A stretch of DNA of 53,962 nt. Origin: Nitrospirota bacterium (GTDB taxonomy: Bacteria > Nitrospirota > UBA9217). Of the stretch, positions 1 to 9,100 are shown piece by piece (position 1 is the stretch's first letter; each line of letters starts with the position of its first letter). The notes under the pieces were generated by a model that saw only the letters and a list, made by a program, of their open reading frames with translations, had not been told where the DNA came from and did no database searches. The position numbers and the translations under genes are program-made. The stretch spans positions 1 to 53,962 of the forward strand of contig JAXIPA010000102.1 of NCBI GenBank assembly GCA_045403145.1, given 5' to 3'.

Positions 1-2
1 GT

Positions 3-2279
3 CACCGCAAGCGACAGACACGCGATGCTCTTGGCCGCCTGCTCGCGGTTGATGAATATGAGGGAACCTATTCCTCTTGCACCACTGATGTAGGAACCCC
101 CTATGCTACAACTACCTATCAATACGATACTCTGGGCAATCTTACCAAGGTGGTCGACGCAGCCAACAATTGGACCACGATACAGTACGATTCGTTCGGG
201 CGTAAAGACTCTATGTTCGACCCCGACATGGGCCGCTGGGACTATACCTACGATAAGAACGGCAACCTCAAGACCCAGAAAGACGCATTGATCTCGCGAA
301 CGACTATAACATTTGATTACGATGAGTTGAATAGAGTAAAAAAGAAAGATTACCCGACGGGGACAGATGTAACCTACACGTATGACCGGTATGATGACGG
401 AACAACGACAAATGCGATAGGCCGGTTAACAATTATGACCGACCCATCGGGTACGACAACATATCAATATGACTACATGGGAAGGCCGAGGACTACAACC
501 AAGAGGGTTGACGGCGTCGATTATCCAGTGACAATCGGATATGTCAACGGCAGAATGGACAGTATAGCCTATCCGGACAATGAGGTTATAAGTTACGTCT
601 ATGGAGCCGGCAATGAGTTGACCGCGGTCCGGAACAACGCGACCAATTACGCGTATGGCATTTATCAAGACTACAATGCTCTCGGGCAACCGGGGATGCT
701 TAGAAACAATAACTCCGTCAGTACAGGCTATACTTACCATCCACAGAACAACCGGCTCATCAATATAACGACGAGCAGCCCCACTCAAGCGCTCTTGAAC
801 CTCACGTATGATTACTGGGATAACGGGAACATTAAGAGCATTGCGGACAATCTCAACCCGGACATGCCCGGCATGACAACAGCCGGGTTGGCCATCAACT
901 ATACGTATTCACAAACCGAAACGTGGTATGAGCGCCATGGCCCCCATGCCGTCACTGAGACGTCCGACGGGAAGGTCTATAAGTACGATAAAAACGGCAA
1001 TATGATCTCTGACGGAGAAAGAACGATTGCTTATAATTACGACAACATGCCGTCGTCCGTAACGCTGGGCTACGCGACAACGGATTTCGTATATGACGGC
1101 AATGGAGCGCGGGTAAAGAAGATAGATTCTGGCGGTGAGAACATTTATATCGGCAAGCTCTACGAATGCAGAGCCGGAATCTGCACCAAATATATCTTCG
1201 CCGGAGGCGCTCTCATAGCCCATAAAAGCGGCACTGACGTCATGTACTACCATCAAGACCACCTGGGAAACACGAGGGTCGTTACGGAAGACATTGTTCA
1301 AAACGATTCGCCTCAGATATCTTACTATCCCTTCGGTGAGATGCAATCGGAGACCGGGGGCACGTTCACGGTAACGCACAGATATACCTCACAGGAGTTC
1401 GATTATGAAACGGGGCTGTACAATTACAATGCGCGGTTATATAACCCTGCTCTTGGCAGGTTTATCAGCCCGGATACGATTGTACCTGATCCCGCGAACC
1501 CTCAGGCGTTAAATCGTTATTCGTATGTGCTGAATAACCCTCTTCTTTTCACCGACCCGAGCGGACATGATTCTGCCGCGAATTACGCGTACATTGATTT
1601 TTATTCTCAACCTGACAACGGAGGCCAATCCAATTTCTCGACCTACGATAGTTATAACTATTATAATTACTATGACCAGATTTCCTCACAACCCTTTGCA
1701 AATAACGCATATGTTCCGTATGACTCAAACGGTGGAGGTAGCGGCACAAATCTTGGCAACGCAGCTTATAATAGCGGCATAGCGTATGGAACATACGAGG
1801 TTGGATCAGCTATTGACGATGGTCTTTCAGACGCAAGTGGCGGTCACAGCGGACAAGATGGTTTGTTTGGAAGTTTTAGGGAGTATGCACTTGAGCGAGC
1901 AAACCAACAACTACTCGCTGGCAACAATGCTGCAGCGTTTATTGATTGGTGGGGCGGTAATTTCATATACGCAACCTTCCATCCTGAGTGGTATGAAGCT
2001 CCATTAATATTTTTGGGTATTGGCAGGATAGGAATTGAAGCTCATCATCTTTTACCGCGCGCGTTTAGGTCGTATTTCTCAAAGGCCGGTCTCGATATCG
2101 AAAAGTTTACCGTAAATATGGCGACAGATACTCACAGGCGCTTACCAAATGGGGTCCATACAGGATCGAATAACTGGAATAAAGCGTGGAGAGAGTTTAT
2201 TAGACAGAATCCCAATGCAACATCTGAAGACATATTGCGCCATCTGGAACGGATGAAAAAACAATTTAATATTCTATGA
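3..2279 (+). CDS. Rhs/YD-repeat polymorphic toxin, 5'-truncated; C-terminal DUF2380/SitA6-like His-rich predicted nuclease
   Basis: The frame is open from the window edge (HRKRQTRDALGRLL...). It has YD repeats, DPDMG and PHAV motifs, and an Rhs core ending ARLYNPALGRFISPD...YSYVLNNPLLFTDPSG (about 1554). The tip reads AHHLLP...THRRLPNGVH...WNKAWREF. Confidence 0.92.
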   Translation, partial: HRKRQTRDALGRLLAVDEYEGTYSSCTTDVGTPYATTTYQYDTLGNLTKVVDAANNWTTIQYDSFGRKDSMFDPDMGRWDYTYDKNGNLKTQKDALISRTTITFDYDELNRVKKKDYPTGTDVTYTYDRYDDGTTTNAIGRLTIMTDPSGTTTYQYDYMGRPRTTTKRVDGVDYPVTIGYVNGRMDSIAYPDNEVISYVYGAGNELTAVRNNATNYAYGIYQDYNALGQPGMLRNNNSVSTGYTYHPQNNRLINITTSSPTQALLNLTYDYWDNGNIKSIADNLNPDMPGMTTAGLAINYTYSQTETWYERHGPHAVTETSDGKVYKYDKNGNMISDGERTIAYNYDNMPSSVTLGYATTDFVYDGNGARVKKIDSGGENIYIGKLYECRAGICTKYIFAGGALIAHKSGTDVMYYHQDHLGNTRVVTEDIVQNDSPQISYYPFGEMQSETGGTFTVTHRYTSQEFDYETGLYNYNARLYNPALGRFISPDTIVPDPANPQALNRYSYVLNNPLLFTDPSGHDSAANYAYIDFYSQPDNGGQSNFSTYDSYNYYNYYDQISSQPFANNAYVPYDSNGGGSGTNLGNAAYNSGIAYGTYEVGSAIDDGLSDASGGHSGQDGLFGSFREYALERANQQLLAGNNAAAFIDWWGGNFIYATFHPEWYEAPLIFLGIGRIGIEAHHLLPRAFRSYFSKAGLDIEKFTVNMATDTHRRLPNGVHTGSNNWNKAWREFIRQNPNATSEDILRHLERMKKQFNIL

Positions 2280-2286
2280 GGTAGGT

Positions 2287-2904
2287 ATGAAGTTTTACAA
2301 CTTAGATAGTGAGGATAAGTATTATGCAGAACCTGCCGAAGGGACGGACTGGGAAAGCATAACTTGCTCTGTCCATGAAGACCATCGAAGGGCTGGTAAA
2401 CGGATCGGTGATTTAAGAGTTGATTTACCATCATCTAAGGTACCTCACTTCATTGCGACAATCTTGGGCGACTGGATAATCACCGATGAGGTGGCTAAAC
2501 TATTCGAGGGTGCTGGCTTTACAGGATATGAATTGAAGCCTGTCACTGTTGATAAGGTCAGGAGGGGAAATAAACAAGAGGTACCACAGCTTTGGGAATT
2601 AATTATCACGGGTCTGGGTGGAGATGCTCATCCAAAATCAGGAATTAATTTAAAGTATGAATGTAGCGCATGCGGATATAGTAAATATAGCGGTTTTACG
2701 AAAGGTTTGTATATTGACGCAACTCAGTGGGATGGGTCAGATTTCTTTTATGTATGGCCGCTCCCAAAGTTCGTAATTGTCGCAGAACGAGTCAAAAAGT
2801 ACATTGAATCCCATAAATTGAAGAATTGCAAATTTATTCCGACTGAGGATTTAGTCAGTGTTGATGAAGAAGGCGAACTTAATCCTGGGATGCGTGTGCC
2901 ATGA
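2287..2904 (+). CDS. Putative immunity protein (Imm11/SitI6-like, CxxCG)
   Basis: Starts 7 bp after the toxin stop, with a GAGGTAGG RBS. It shares the AT-rich composition of the toxin tip and has CSACG and WDGSDFF motifs. Confidence 0.75.
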   Translation: MKFYNLDSEDKYYAEPAEGTDWESITCSVHEDHRRAGKRIGDLRVDLPSSKVPHFIATILGDWIITDEVAKLFEGAGFTGYELKPVTVDKVRRGNKQEVPQLWELIITGLGGDAHPKSGINLKYECSACGYSKYSGFTKGLYIDATQWDGSDFFYVWPLPKFVIVAERVKKYIESHKLKNCKFIPTEDLVSVDEEGELNPGMRVP

Positions 2905-3033
2905 AGAGGCATCCGTTTTTTCCTACGTTGCACTAAATAGATCAGGCTTGTTGGTCACTTCCTGCCTGCATTTGATGATGCTGAGATCATTGCAAATCAC
3001 ACACTGGCCATGAACAAGCTGTGGAGGAATAAT

Positions 3034-6000
3034 ATGCCGTCAAAAATAGGAAGTAAGGCATTCATCGCACTTATGATTGTCTCACTCATATCACTACTGG
3101 TCAGCATTGCCCTCGCCGCTCCGGTGGAATATTTCTACGACGAGCTGAACCGGCTGAAGGAAGTGCGTTATCCCGACGGCACGATAATCAAGTACGACTA
3201 TGACAAACTGGGAAACATAACGTATAAGGAAATGCTCAGAAACGGTCATACCCTTACGGTCCAGAATTCGCCTGCGGGGTTGGGCACGTTGACAAGTTCG
3301 CCGGCAGGCTTAAATTGCGGACAGCTTTGCACGGTCAAATTCAACCACGGCACCGGGGTGACTTTGACGGCCGATCCTGCGAACGGCTACGCTCTTACCG
3401 GCTGGTCAGTTGCGGGTTGCGGTCTGGCAAGCAGTTGTACGTTCACGCTGAATGCCGACACAATTGTTACCGCAACCTATGGCCAGATATTCGATATCTA
3501 TATGACGGAGGTCAGCAGTCCTTCCCTTGCCGCGGTCAATGGTACGATTACGGTTCACAATACCGTCGCGAATTCCTGGGTCCAGGCCGCAGGACCGTTT
3601 CATGTGAAGTTTTATCTGTCCGCGAACAACGTCATTGCGACAACCGACACGTATTTAGGCGAGCGTCTCGTGAACGGCCTTGCCCCGGGAGCATCCGATA
3701 CGGCGGACACGGTGTTGACCATTCCTGCCAATCTCGCGCCGGGCGCGTACTTCATCGGCGCGATTGCGAACCCAACCGGCGAGGTTACTGAAACGAGCCT
3801 GACGAATAACGCCATGGCGGGGAATCTTCTGACGACTTCATTGAGACCTGATCTCATAGTGACCGCTGTATCCGGTCCCGTGAGCGTGAACGCGGAGCCC
3901 ACGATTTCCGTGTCGAGCACGGTAAAGAACCAGGGACTTGCGGATGCGGGTATTTTCGATGTGAGATTCTATCTTTCAGTCGACAGCGTGATAACGACGA
4001 ACGATGTCTATTTAGGCTCCCGCACGGTCAACAGCCTTGGCGTAAACGCCGAGGAGACGGCCATCTCGACCGTAAGCATGCCGGTCAGTGTTACGAGCGG
4101 GACGTACTATATCGGAGCGATAGCGGATGCAGGCAATTTTGTTTCTGAGTCCCACGAAGCGAACAACTCTTTTGCCGGGACCCAGATTATGGTCTACCAC
4201 GGCTACCCCGATTTGGTGATGACGGCGGTTTCCGGACCTGCCGGCGCCTATACCGGAAAGGCCATTCCCGTTACGCACACGGTTAAGAACCTGGGGTCAG
4301 GACCGGCCGGCAGCGGCGGGTTCTCCGTTCACCTTTACCTTTCAACCGACAACGTCATAACGCCAAGCGATACCTATCTGGGCAGCAGACTCGTCGATTT
4401 ACTGGAGGCAGGAGCAGAGAAGACGTTCACGAACTTGGTCTCCGTTCCCGTGAGTTTGGCGACTGGGACATATTTCATCGGAGCGATTTCTGACGCTCAG
4501 GGCAACGCGAACGAATCTGACGAGGCAAACAATGCCTTTGCTGGAAACCAGATAAACCTGACCCTTATAGGGAATCACCTGATCGATGCGGGCGATATCC
4601 ACACCGTGGCCCTGAAGCCGGACGGTACCCTCTGGTTGTGGGGAAATAACTGGGATGGACAGTTGGGGTTGGGAAATGATCCGATAATATACAGCACACC
4701 CACCCCGACACGGATCGGTTCGGATATCCCGTGGAATGCGGTTGCTCCAGGCGGCAAGCACACCACGGCTTTGAAATTGGACGGCACTCTCTGGGCATGG
4801 GGAGACAACGGGAACGGTCAATTGGGAGATGTTACGACAACAGATAGGTATTCACCAGTACCGGTAGCGACTACTCTTCCATGGGTCACGGTCTCAGCGG
4901 GCTATATTCACACCGCAGCATTGAAATCGGACGGAACCCTCTGGACATGGGGAGATAACTACTATGGTCAATTGGGAGATACTACGACAGCGTATAAAAC
5001 CGCCCCTGTTCAGATTGGGACAGAATCCCAGTGGATGGCCGTTTCTGGTGGAGATCACCATACCATGGCTCTGAAAACGGACGGAACCCTCTGGGCATGG
5101 GGAGCCAACTGGGGTGGTCAGTTAGGTGACAGCACGATGGTAGATAAACATGTACCGGTACAGGTTGGGACGGATAACCAGTGGGTTGCCGTCTCAACGG
5201 GAGGTTACCACACCATGGCCCTCAAAGCTGACAGCACCCTGTGGGCATGGGGAACCAACTACGACGGTCAATTGGGAAATGGTACGCATGCCATCTATAG
5301 TTCGCAAAATATATCGGTCCCTCAAAAGATCGGGACTGACCGGTGGATTGCTGTTGCGGCTGGAAATTGCCACACCGTGGCATTAAAAGAGGACGGCACT
5401 CTCTGGACGTGGGGGTGCAACAGCTCTGGTCAGTTGGGATACGTTCCGGCGGTAGTAACGGAAAAATATTCGCCCAAACAGATAGGGACGGATAACCAGT
5501 GGGTCGCCGTAGCGGCGGGACGTGACCACACCCTGGCCATGAAATCGGACGGCACCGTCTGGGCATGGGGAGAGAACGTCCACGGCCAGTTGGGAGACGG
5601 CACAACAGTGAACAGATCTACACCCGTGCAGGCGTTCCTCAACATGTTCCCGCCCGTGGCGGATTTCACCGGATCTCCCACGAGCGACTTCGATACCATC
5701 ACGGTCAATTTCACGGACTTGTCTACTAATGCACCTGCGTCCTGGCAGTGGAATTTCGGCGATGGAGCTACCAGTACGCTGAGGAATCCCTCGCATACGT
5801 ATACCAGCGTAGCAAGCGCGGCGACCTATACCGTGACTCTTACTGCGACAAACAGTGCGGGATCAAGTATCGCGACAAAGTCAAACTATATAACCGTCCA
5901 GCATTGCCCGAACCTTCCGGTCCGTATTGCGGGCACGACGCCCACCTATTATTCCACGCTCCAGGCGGCCTACAATGCAGCGGGCAACAATGCCGTTATC

Positions 6001-6183
6001 CAGATGAGAAATTTGCCGTACTCGCAAAGCCTAAATGCAAACCGCACCGTAGCTGTAAGCCTGGAAGGCGGGAAATCGTGTGATTTTACAAACACGATCG
6101 GCGTTACCACGCTGCAGGGGTCGATCACGACAAGCACAAGCGCCGGCACGGTTACTATTAAGGATTTTGTATTAACGCCATAA
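3034..6183 (+). CDS. Secreted multidomain protein: YD hairpin, InlB B-repeat-like domain, 3x CARDB, RCC1 propeller, PKD, C-terminal domain
   Basis: GGAGGA RBS precedes ATG 3034, then a signal peptide (ALA-A). Motifs: YFYDELNRL...YDYDKLGN; three FYLSxDxVITxxDxYLG...YxIGAI...ExxxxNN units; about 7 HTxALKxDGTLWxWGxNxxGQLG repeats; PKD WQWNFGDG...NPSHTY. Confidence 0.9.
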   Translation: MPSKIGSKAFIALMIVSLISLLVSIALAAPVEYFYDELNRLKEVRYPDGTIIKYDYDKLGNITYKEMLRNGHTLTVQNSPAGLGTLTSSPAGLNCGQLCTVKFNHGTGVTLTADPANGYALTGWSVAGCGLASSCTFTLNADTIVTATYGQIFDIYMTEVSSPSLAAVNGTITVHNTVANSWVQAAGPFHVKFYLSANNVIATTDTYLGERLVNGLAPGASDTADTVLTIPANLAPGAYFIGAIANPTGEVTETSLTNNAMAGNLLTTSLRPDLIVTAVSGPVSVNAEPTISVSSTVKNQGLADAGIFDVRFYLSVDSVITTNDVYLGSRTVNSLGVNAEETAISTVSMPVSVTSGTYYIGAIADAGNFVSESHEANNSFAGTQIMVYHGYPDLVMTAVSGPAGAYTGKAIPVTHTVKNLGSGPAGSGGFSVHLYLSTDNVITPSDTYLGSRLVDLLEAGAEKTFTNLVSVPVSLATGTYFIGAISDAQGNANESDEANNAFAGNQINLTLIGNHLIDAGDIHTVALKPDGTLWLWGNNWDGQLGLGNDPIIYSTPTPTRIGSDIPWNAVAPGGKHTTALKLDGTLWAWGDNGNGQLGDVTTTDRYSPVPVATTLPWVTVSAGYIHTAALKSDGTLWTWGDNYYGQLGDTTTAYKTAPVQIGTESQWMAVSGGDHHTMALKTDGTLWAWGANWGGQLGDSTMVDKHVPVQVGTDNQWVAVSTGGYHTMALKADSTLWAWGTNYDGQLGNGTHAIYSSQNISVPQKIGTDRWIAVAAGNCHTVALKEDGTLWTWGCNSSGQLGYVPAVVTEKYSPKQIGTDNQWVAVAAGRDHTLAMKSDGTVWAWGENVHGQLGDGTTVNRSTPVQAFLNMFPPVADFTGSPTSDFDTITVNFTDLSTNAPASWQWNFGDGATSTLRNPSHTYTSVASAATYTVTLTATNSAGSSIATKSNYITVQHCPNLPVRIAGTTPTYYSTLQAAYNAAGNNAVIQMRNLPYSQSLNANRTVAVSLEGGKSCDFTNTIGVTTLQGSITTSTSAGTVTIKDFVLTP

Positions 6184-6214
6184 TTAGATATATAACATTC
6201 AGGAGGAATGGGAA

Positions 6215-7777
6215 ATGAAAAAAGCATTTTTTTTAATTACTGGTCTGCTTTGTGTCAGCAGCGTCCTTTATGCGGCGAATGGAGATCTTATTGTAAACGG
6301 CAACCTCGGCGTCGGGACGACTGCACCAAGTGAGAAGTTAACTGTAAATGGAAATATTGCTTTGAGTGCCTCGATTAACAAAGCTGGTTTATCTGCAAAT
6401 GCGGCTGGTTTATCTCGTTTGGGAATCAATTCGTCGGCCCTGCTCGGAGAAGATGATCATGCCAAACAGGGAGCATTTATAAGTTTTGATAGCCGCGCAG
6501 GCCAGCGCGCAGCGGCAATATGGGTCAAACTGCCGAATTCTTCTTTAGATACAGAAGTAGTTTCAGTAACGAACACCGGCAACGTCGGCATCGGGACGAC
6601 GAATCCGCTACGCACATTAGACCTTGGCACAAATGGACAAATGACCTTCGGAAACAATGGACTTTATTCAACAGGCTCTCCTGGAACATTTTGGTATAGT
6701 GACAATTTAAGCTATGGAATATATAAAACTGCCGGCAGCTGGTCTGCTCCAAACTACCAGCAGCTTGCGCTTAGGTGGGACACAGGAATTACTATTGATG
6801 GCGGGAGTGCGTATGGGAAAAGCGGTCTCATATTACAACCGAACGGCGGCAACGTCGGAATCGGGCCGGCGAGTCCATTAGCAGGCTTGCATATTAATAG
6901 AGCTGGCACTTGGGGCTCCTTGACGATCCAAAACCAATACGCAGGCTCCAATACCCATTTTGATTATCCCGATGGTAAAAATTATATCAGAGGAACTACC
7001 ATATTTGGAGATACCGGAAATAATGTCGGCATTGCGACATATAATCCCTTGTCGAGATTAAGCGTTGGGGGGGATGGTAACTCCCAAACTGCCATTTATG
7101 GCACCAACCCCGGAACCGGCATCCAAGGCTACGGCGGCATCGGTGTTTATGGTAGTTCGCCATCCGGTGGGGTAGGTGCTCTTGGTTACTACAATTGGGG
7201 CGTTATGGGCCAGGGTCCATCAGGTGGATATGATTTTTATGCTGCTGGCGCAGGTGTGAATTACGGCCCATTTACCGGCGCTCACGAAGTGAAGCTGTCG
7301 AACGATGTTCCAGCCAATATAAAGGCCGGAATGCTCGTCTCCGTGACCGGTGAAATGCAAATGAGAAAAGACGACACAGGGAAAATCAACATATCATCCA
7401 CACTGCCTACGGTAAGACTCTCAAATATTGTGAACGACAAAGCCGTTTTTGGAGTTTTTGTCATGGAAACCAACTTGCGTGAGGAGCATTGGCTCAAGAA
7501 AAAGGTCACGGAAGGCGAACGATACGCGGCAGTCAATGCCGTGGGTGAAGGCCGGGTATGGGTTACGAACATGAGCGGCGACATAGAGCCGGGAGATTAT
7601 ATAACGACCTCGCCCGTACCGGGATACGGCCAAAAGCAGAATGACGATCTTCTTCATTCCTATACAGCAGGAAAGGCAACTGAAAAAGTGGATTGGAACA
7701 AGGTAACTGAGACCGTCGAATTTGGAGGAAAAACGTACAAGGTCTATTTGATCGGAGTAGTTTATACGAGCGGATAG
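6215..7777 (+). CDS. Secreted tail-fibre-like protein with GNVGIGT repeats and a C-terminal intramolecular-chaperone-like (Peptidase G2/S74-like) domain
   Basis: AGGAGG RBS and a signal peptide (LYA-A). Four GN(V/L)G(I/V) repeats and a Gly-rich G(V/I)xG segment precede FTGAH...VNAVGEGRVWV...GDYITTS...GYGQKQ. Confidence 0.75.
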   Translation: MKKAFFLITGLLCVSSVLYAANGDLIVNGNLGVGTTAPSEKLTVNGNIALSASINKAGLSANAAGLSRLGINSSALLGEDDHAKQGAFISFDSRAGQRAAAIWVKLPNSSLDTEVVSVTNTGNVGIGTTNPLRTLDLGTNGQMTFGNNGLYSTGSPGTFWYSDNLSYGIYKTAGSWSAPNYQQLALRWDTGITIDGGSAYGKSGLILQPNGGNVGIGPASPLAGLHINRAGTWGSLTIQNQYAGSNTHFDYPDGKNYIRGTTIFGDTGNNVGIATYNPLSRLSVGGDGNSQTAIYGTNPGTGIQGYGGIGVYGSSPSGGVGALGYYNWGVMGQGPSGGYDFYAAGAGVNYGPFTGAHEVKLSNDVPANIKAGMLVSVTGEMQMRKDDTGKINISSTLPTVRLSNIVNDKAVFGVFVMETNLREEHWLKKKVTEGERYAAVNAVGEGRVWVTNMSGDIEPGDYITTSPVPGYGQKQNDDLLHSYTAGKATEKVDWNKVTETVEFGGKTYKVYLIGVVYTSG

Positions 7778-7834
7778 GGCGCTCAGGTCAGTTCGCGAAA
7801 GTAACCGAGATCACTATAAAGAAAGCTGATTGAT

Positions 7835-7887
7835 AAGAGCCATGACCATCTATCGGGATAGATACCGAAAAAATGGCCATGGCTCTT
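7835..7887 (+). terminator. Hairpin downstream of the tail-fibre-like gene
   Basis: AAGAGCCATGACCAT / ATGGCCATGGCTCTT inverted repeat; the U-tract is weak. Confidence 0.35.
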
Positions 7888-7933
7888 CGCATTAGTGGAG
7901 CCCCCTCCGGAGGCTCCCTCAATTAACGCGACC

Positions 7934-8045
7934 TCCCGCGACTTGACCCGTGCTACGCGACTGCGCTTGCGCAAGTGCCAGGCGCGGGTTGCCGCTTTCC
8001 TCCCCCGGCGGGAGTGTATAGACCGGGGGATTTCAAGTCGCGGGA
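7934..8045 (+). ncRNA. Candidate three-way-junction structured element of unknown family
   Basis: A perfect 13-bp closing stem TCCCGCGACTTGA/TCAAGTCGCGGGA encloses two hairpins; the G-U pairs favour the + strand. Confidence 0.3.
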
Positions 8046-8269
8046 TTGAACTATCATGCTGTAGGATGGGGGGGGAGACCACAGTGTGAGCCATCAATCT
8101 GTCCGCGAAAACCACCGCTCTGAAGAATCTCGTCTATAAAACCTCAATACAAATTACAGCTAAAGTACTATTGTACATCTGCATAGCCGGTGATATCTTA
8201 AAAATAAGGGATAAATGATCCTACATTAGTTCAACCCCGTCCGAAAGTACGGGAGGGAGGAGACAAATC

Positions 8270-9097
8270 ATGTTACAACGTAGAATGTTTCTCTGGTCAA
8301 TCGTCTTACTGTTCGGAGCGTTATCTCTGACCGGTTGCGGCGGAGGTGGCGATGATGGAGCACCGGCCCCAGCATCAACGGTCATTGGGACTCTGGACCC
8401 GGCAATCCTGAATGCCGGCGGCTATTACTTCCAGGTTCATACGCAGACCAACCAGCCCGGCGAGTTGAGAACAAATATCACTGTGCCGGCAGGATCAACG
8501 GGAACGGTTACGTTTAACACCACGCTGACCGCAGCGCCTGGGGTGACTACAGCAGGGACGGGAATCGCGAGTCTGACTGTTAATGTTAACACGGGCGAAG
8601 TTACGGGCGCGTCCGTGACGGTTTCCAACCTGTCGAGTCCCGTTACTGGCGCACACATCCATAATCCTGCACCTGCGGGGCAAGCAAACGGCGCGGTTGT
8701 GATTGATCTTTCCAATAGGGTCACCACGGCTCCGGCACCAACGGTCATTGGGACCCTGGACCCGGCAATCCTGAATGCCGGCGGCTATTACTTCCAGGTT
8801 CATACGACGACCAACCAGCCCGGTGAGTTGAGAACAAATATCACTGTGCCGGCAGGATCAACGGGAACGGTTACGTTTAACACCACGCTGACCGCAGCGC
8901 CTGGGGTGACTACAGCAGGGACGGGAATCGCGAGTCTGACTGTTAATGTTGGCACGGGCGAAGTTACGGGCGCGTCCGTGACGGTTTCCAACCTGACGAG
9001 TCCCGTTGTTGGCGCGCATATCCATGCTCCTGCACCTGCGGGGCAGGCAAACGGCGCGGTTGTGATTGATCTTTCCACTAGGGTTACGGTCAACTAG
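8270..9097 (+). CDS. Lipoprotein with two circularly permuted CHRD-like repeats
   Basis: GGAGG RBS and lipobox LTGC. The CHRD motifs YFQVHTxxNxPGELR and AHIH...NGAVVIDL each occur twice. Confidence 0.85.
   Translation: MLQRRMFLWSIVLLFGALSLTGCGGGGDDGAPAPASTVIGTLDPAILNAGGYYFQVHTQTNQPGELRTNITVPAGSTGTVTFNTTLTAAPGVTTAGTGIASLTVNVNTGEVTGASVTVSNLSSPVTGAHIHNPAPAGQANGAVVIDLSNRVTTAPAPTVIGTLDPAILNAGGYYFQVHTTTNQPGELRTNITVPAGSTGTVTFNTTLTAAPGVTTAGTGIASLTVNVGTGEVTGASVTVSNLTSPVVGAHIHAPAPAGQANGAVVIDLSTRVTVN
8376..9084 (+). repeat. Near-identical intragenic tandem duplication, period 363 bp
   Basis: CAACGGTCATTGGGA at 8376 and 8739; GATTGATCTTTCCA at 8701 and 9064. Confidence 0.95.
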
Positions 9098-9100
9098 GGT

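Noticed and set aside
2945-3020. Imperfect hairpin between the immunity gene and the adhesin (attC-like?)
   Set aside because: It lacks RYYYAAC/GTTRRRY core sites, and there is no integrase or second copy.
4580-5630. Regularly spaced DNA repeats resembling an array
   Set aside because: These are coding RCC1 repeats with degenerate third positions, not CRISPR. No cas genes are present.
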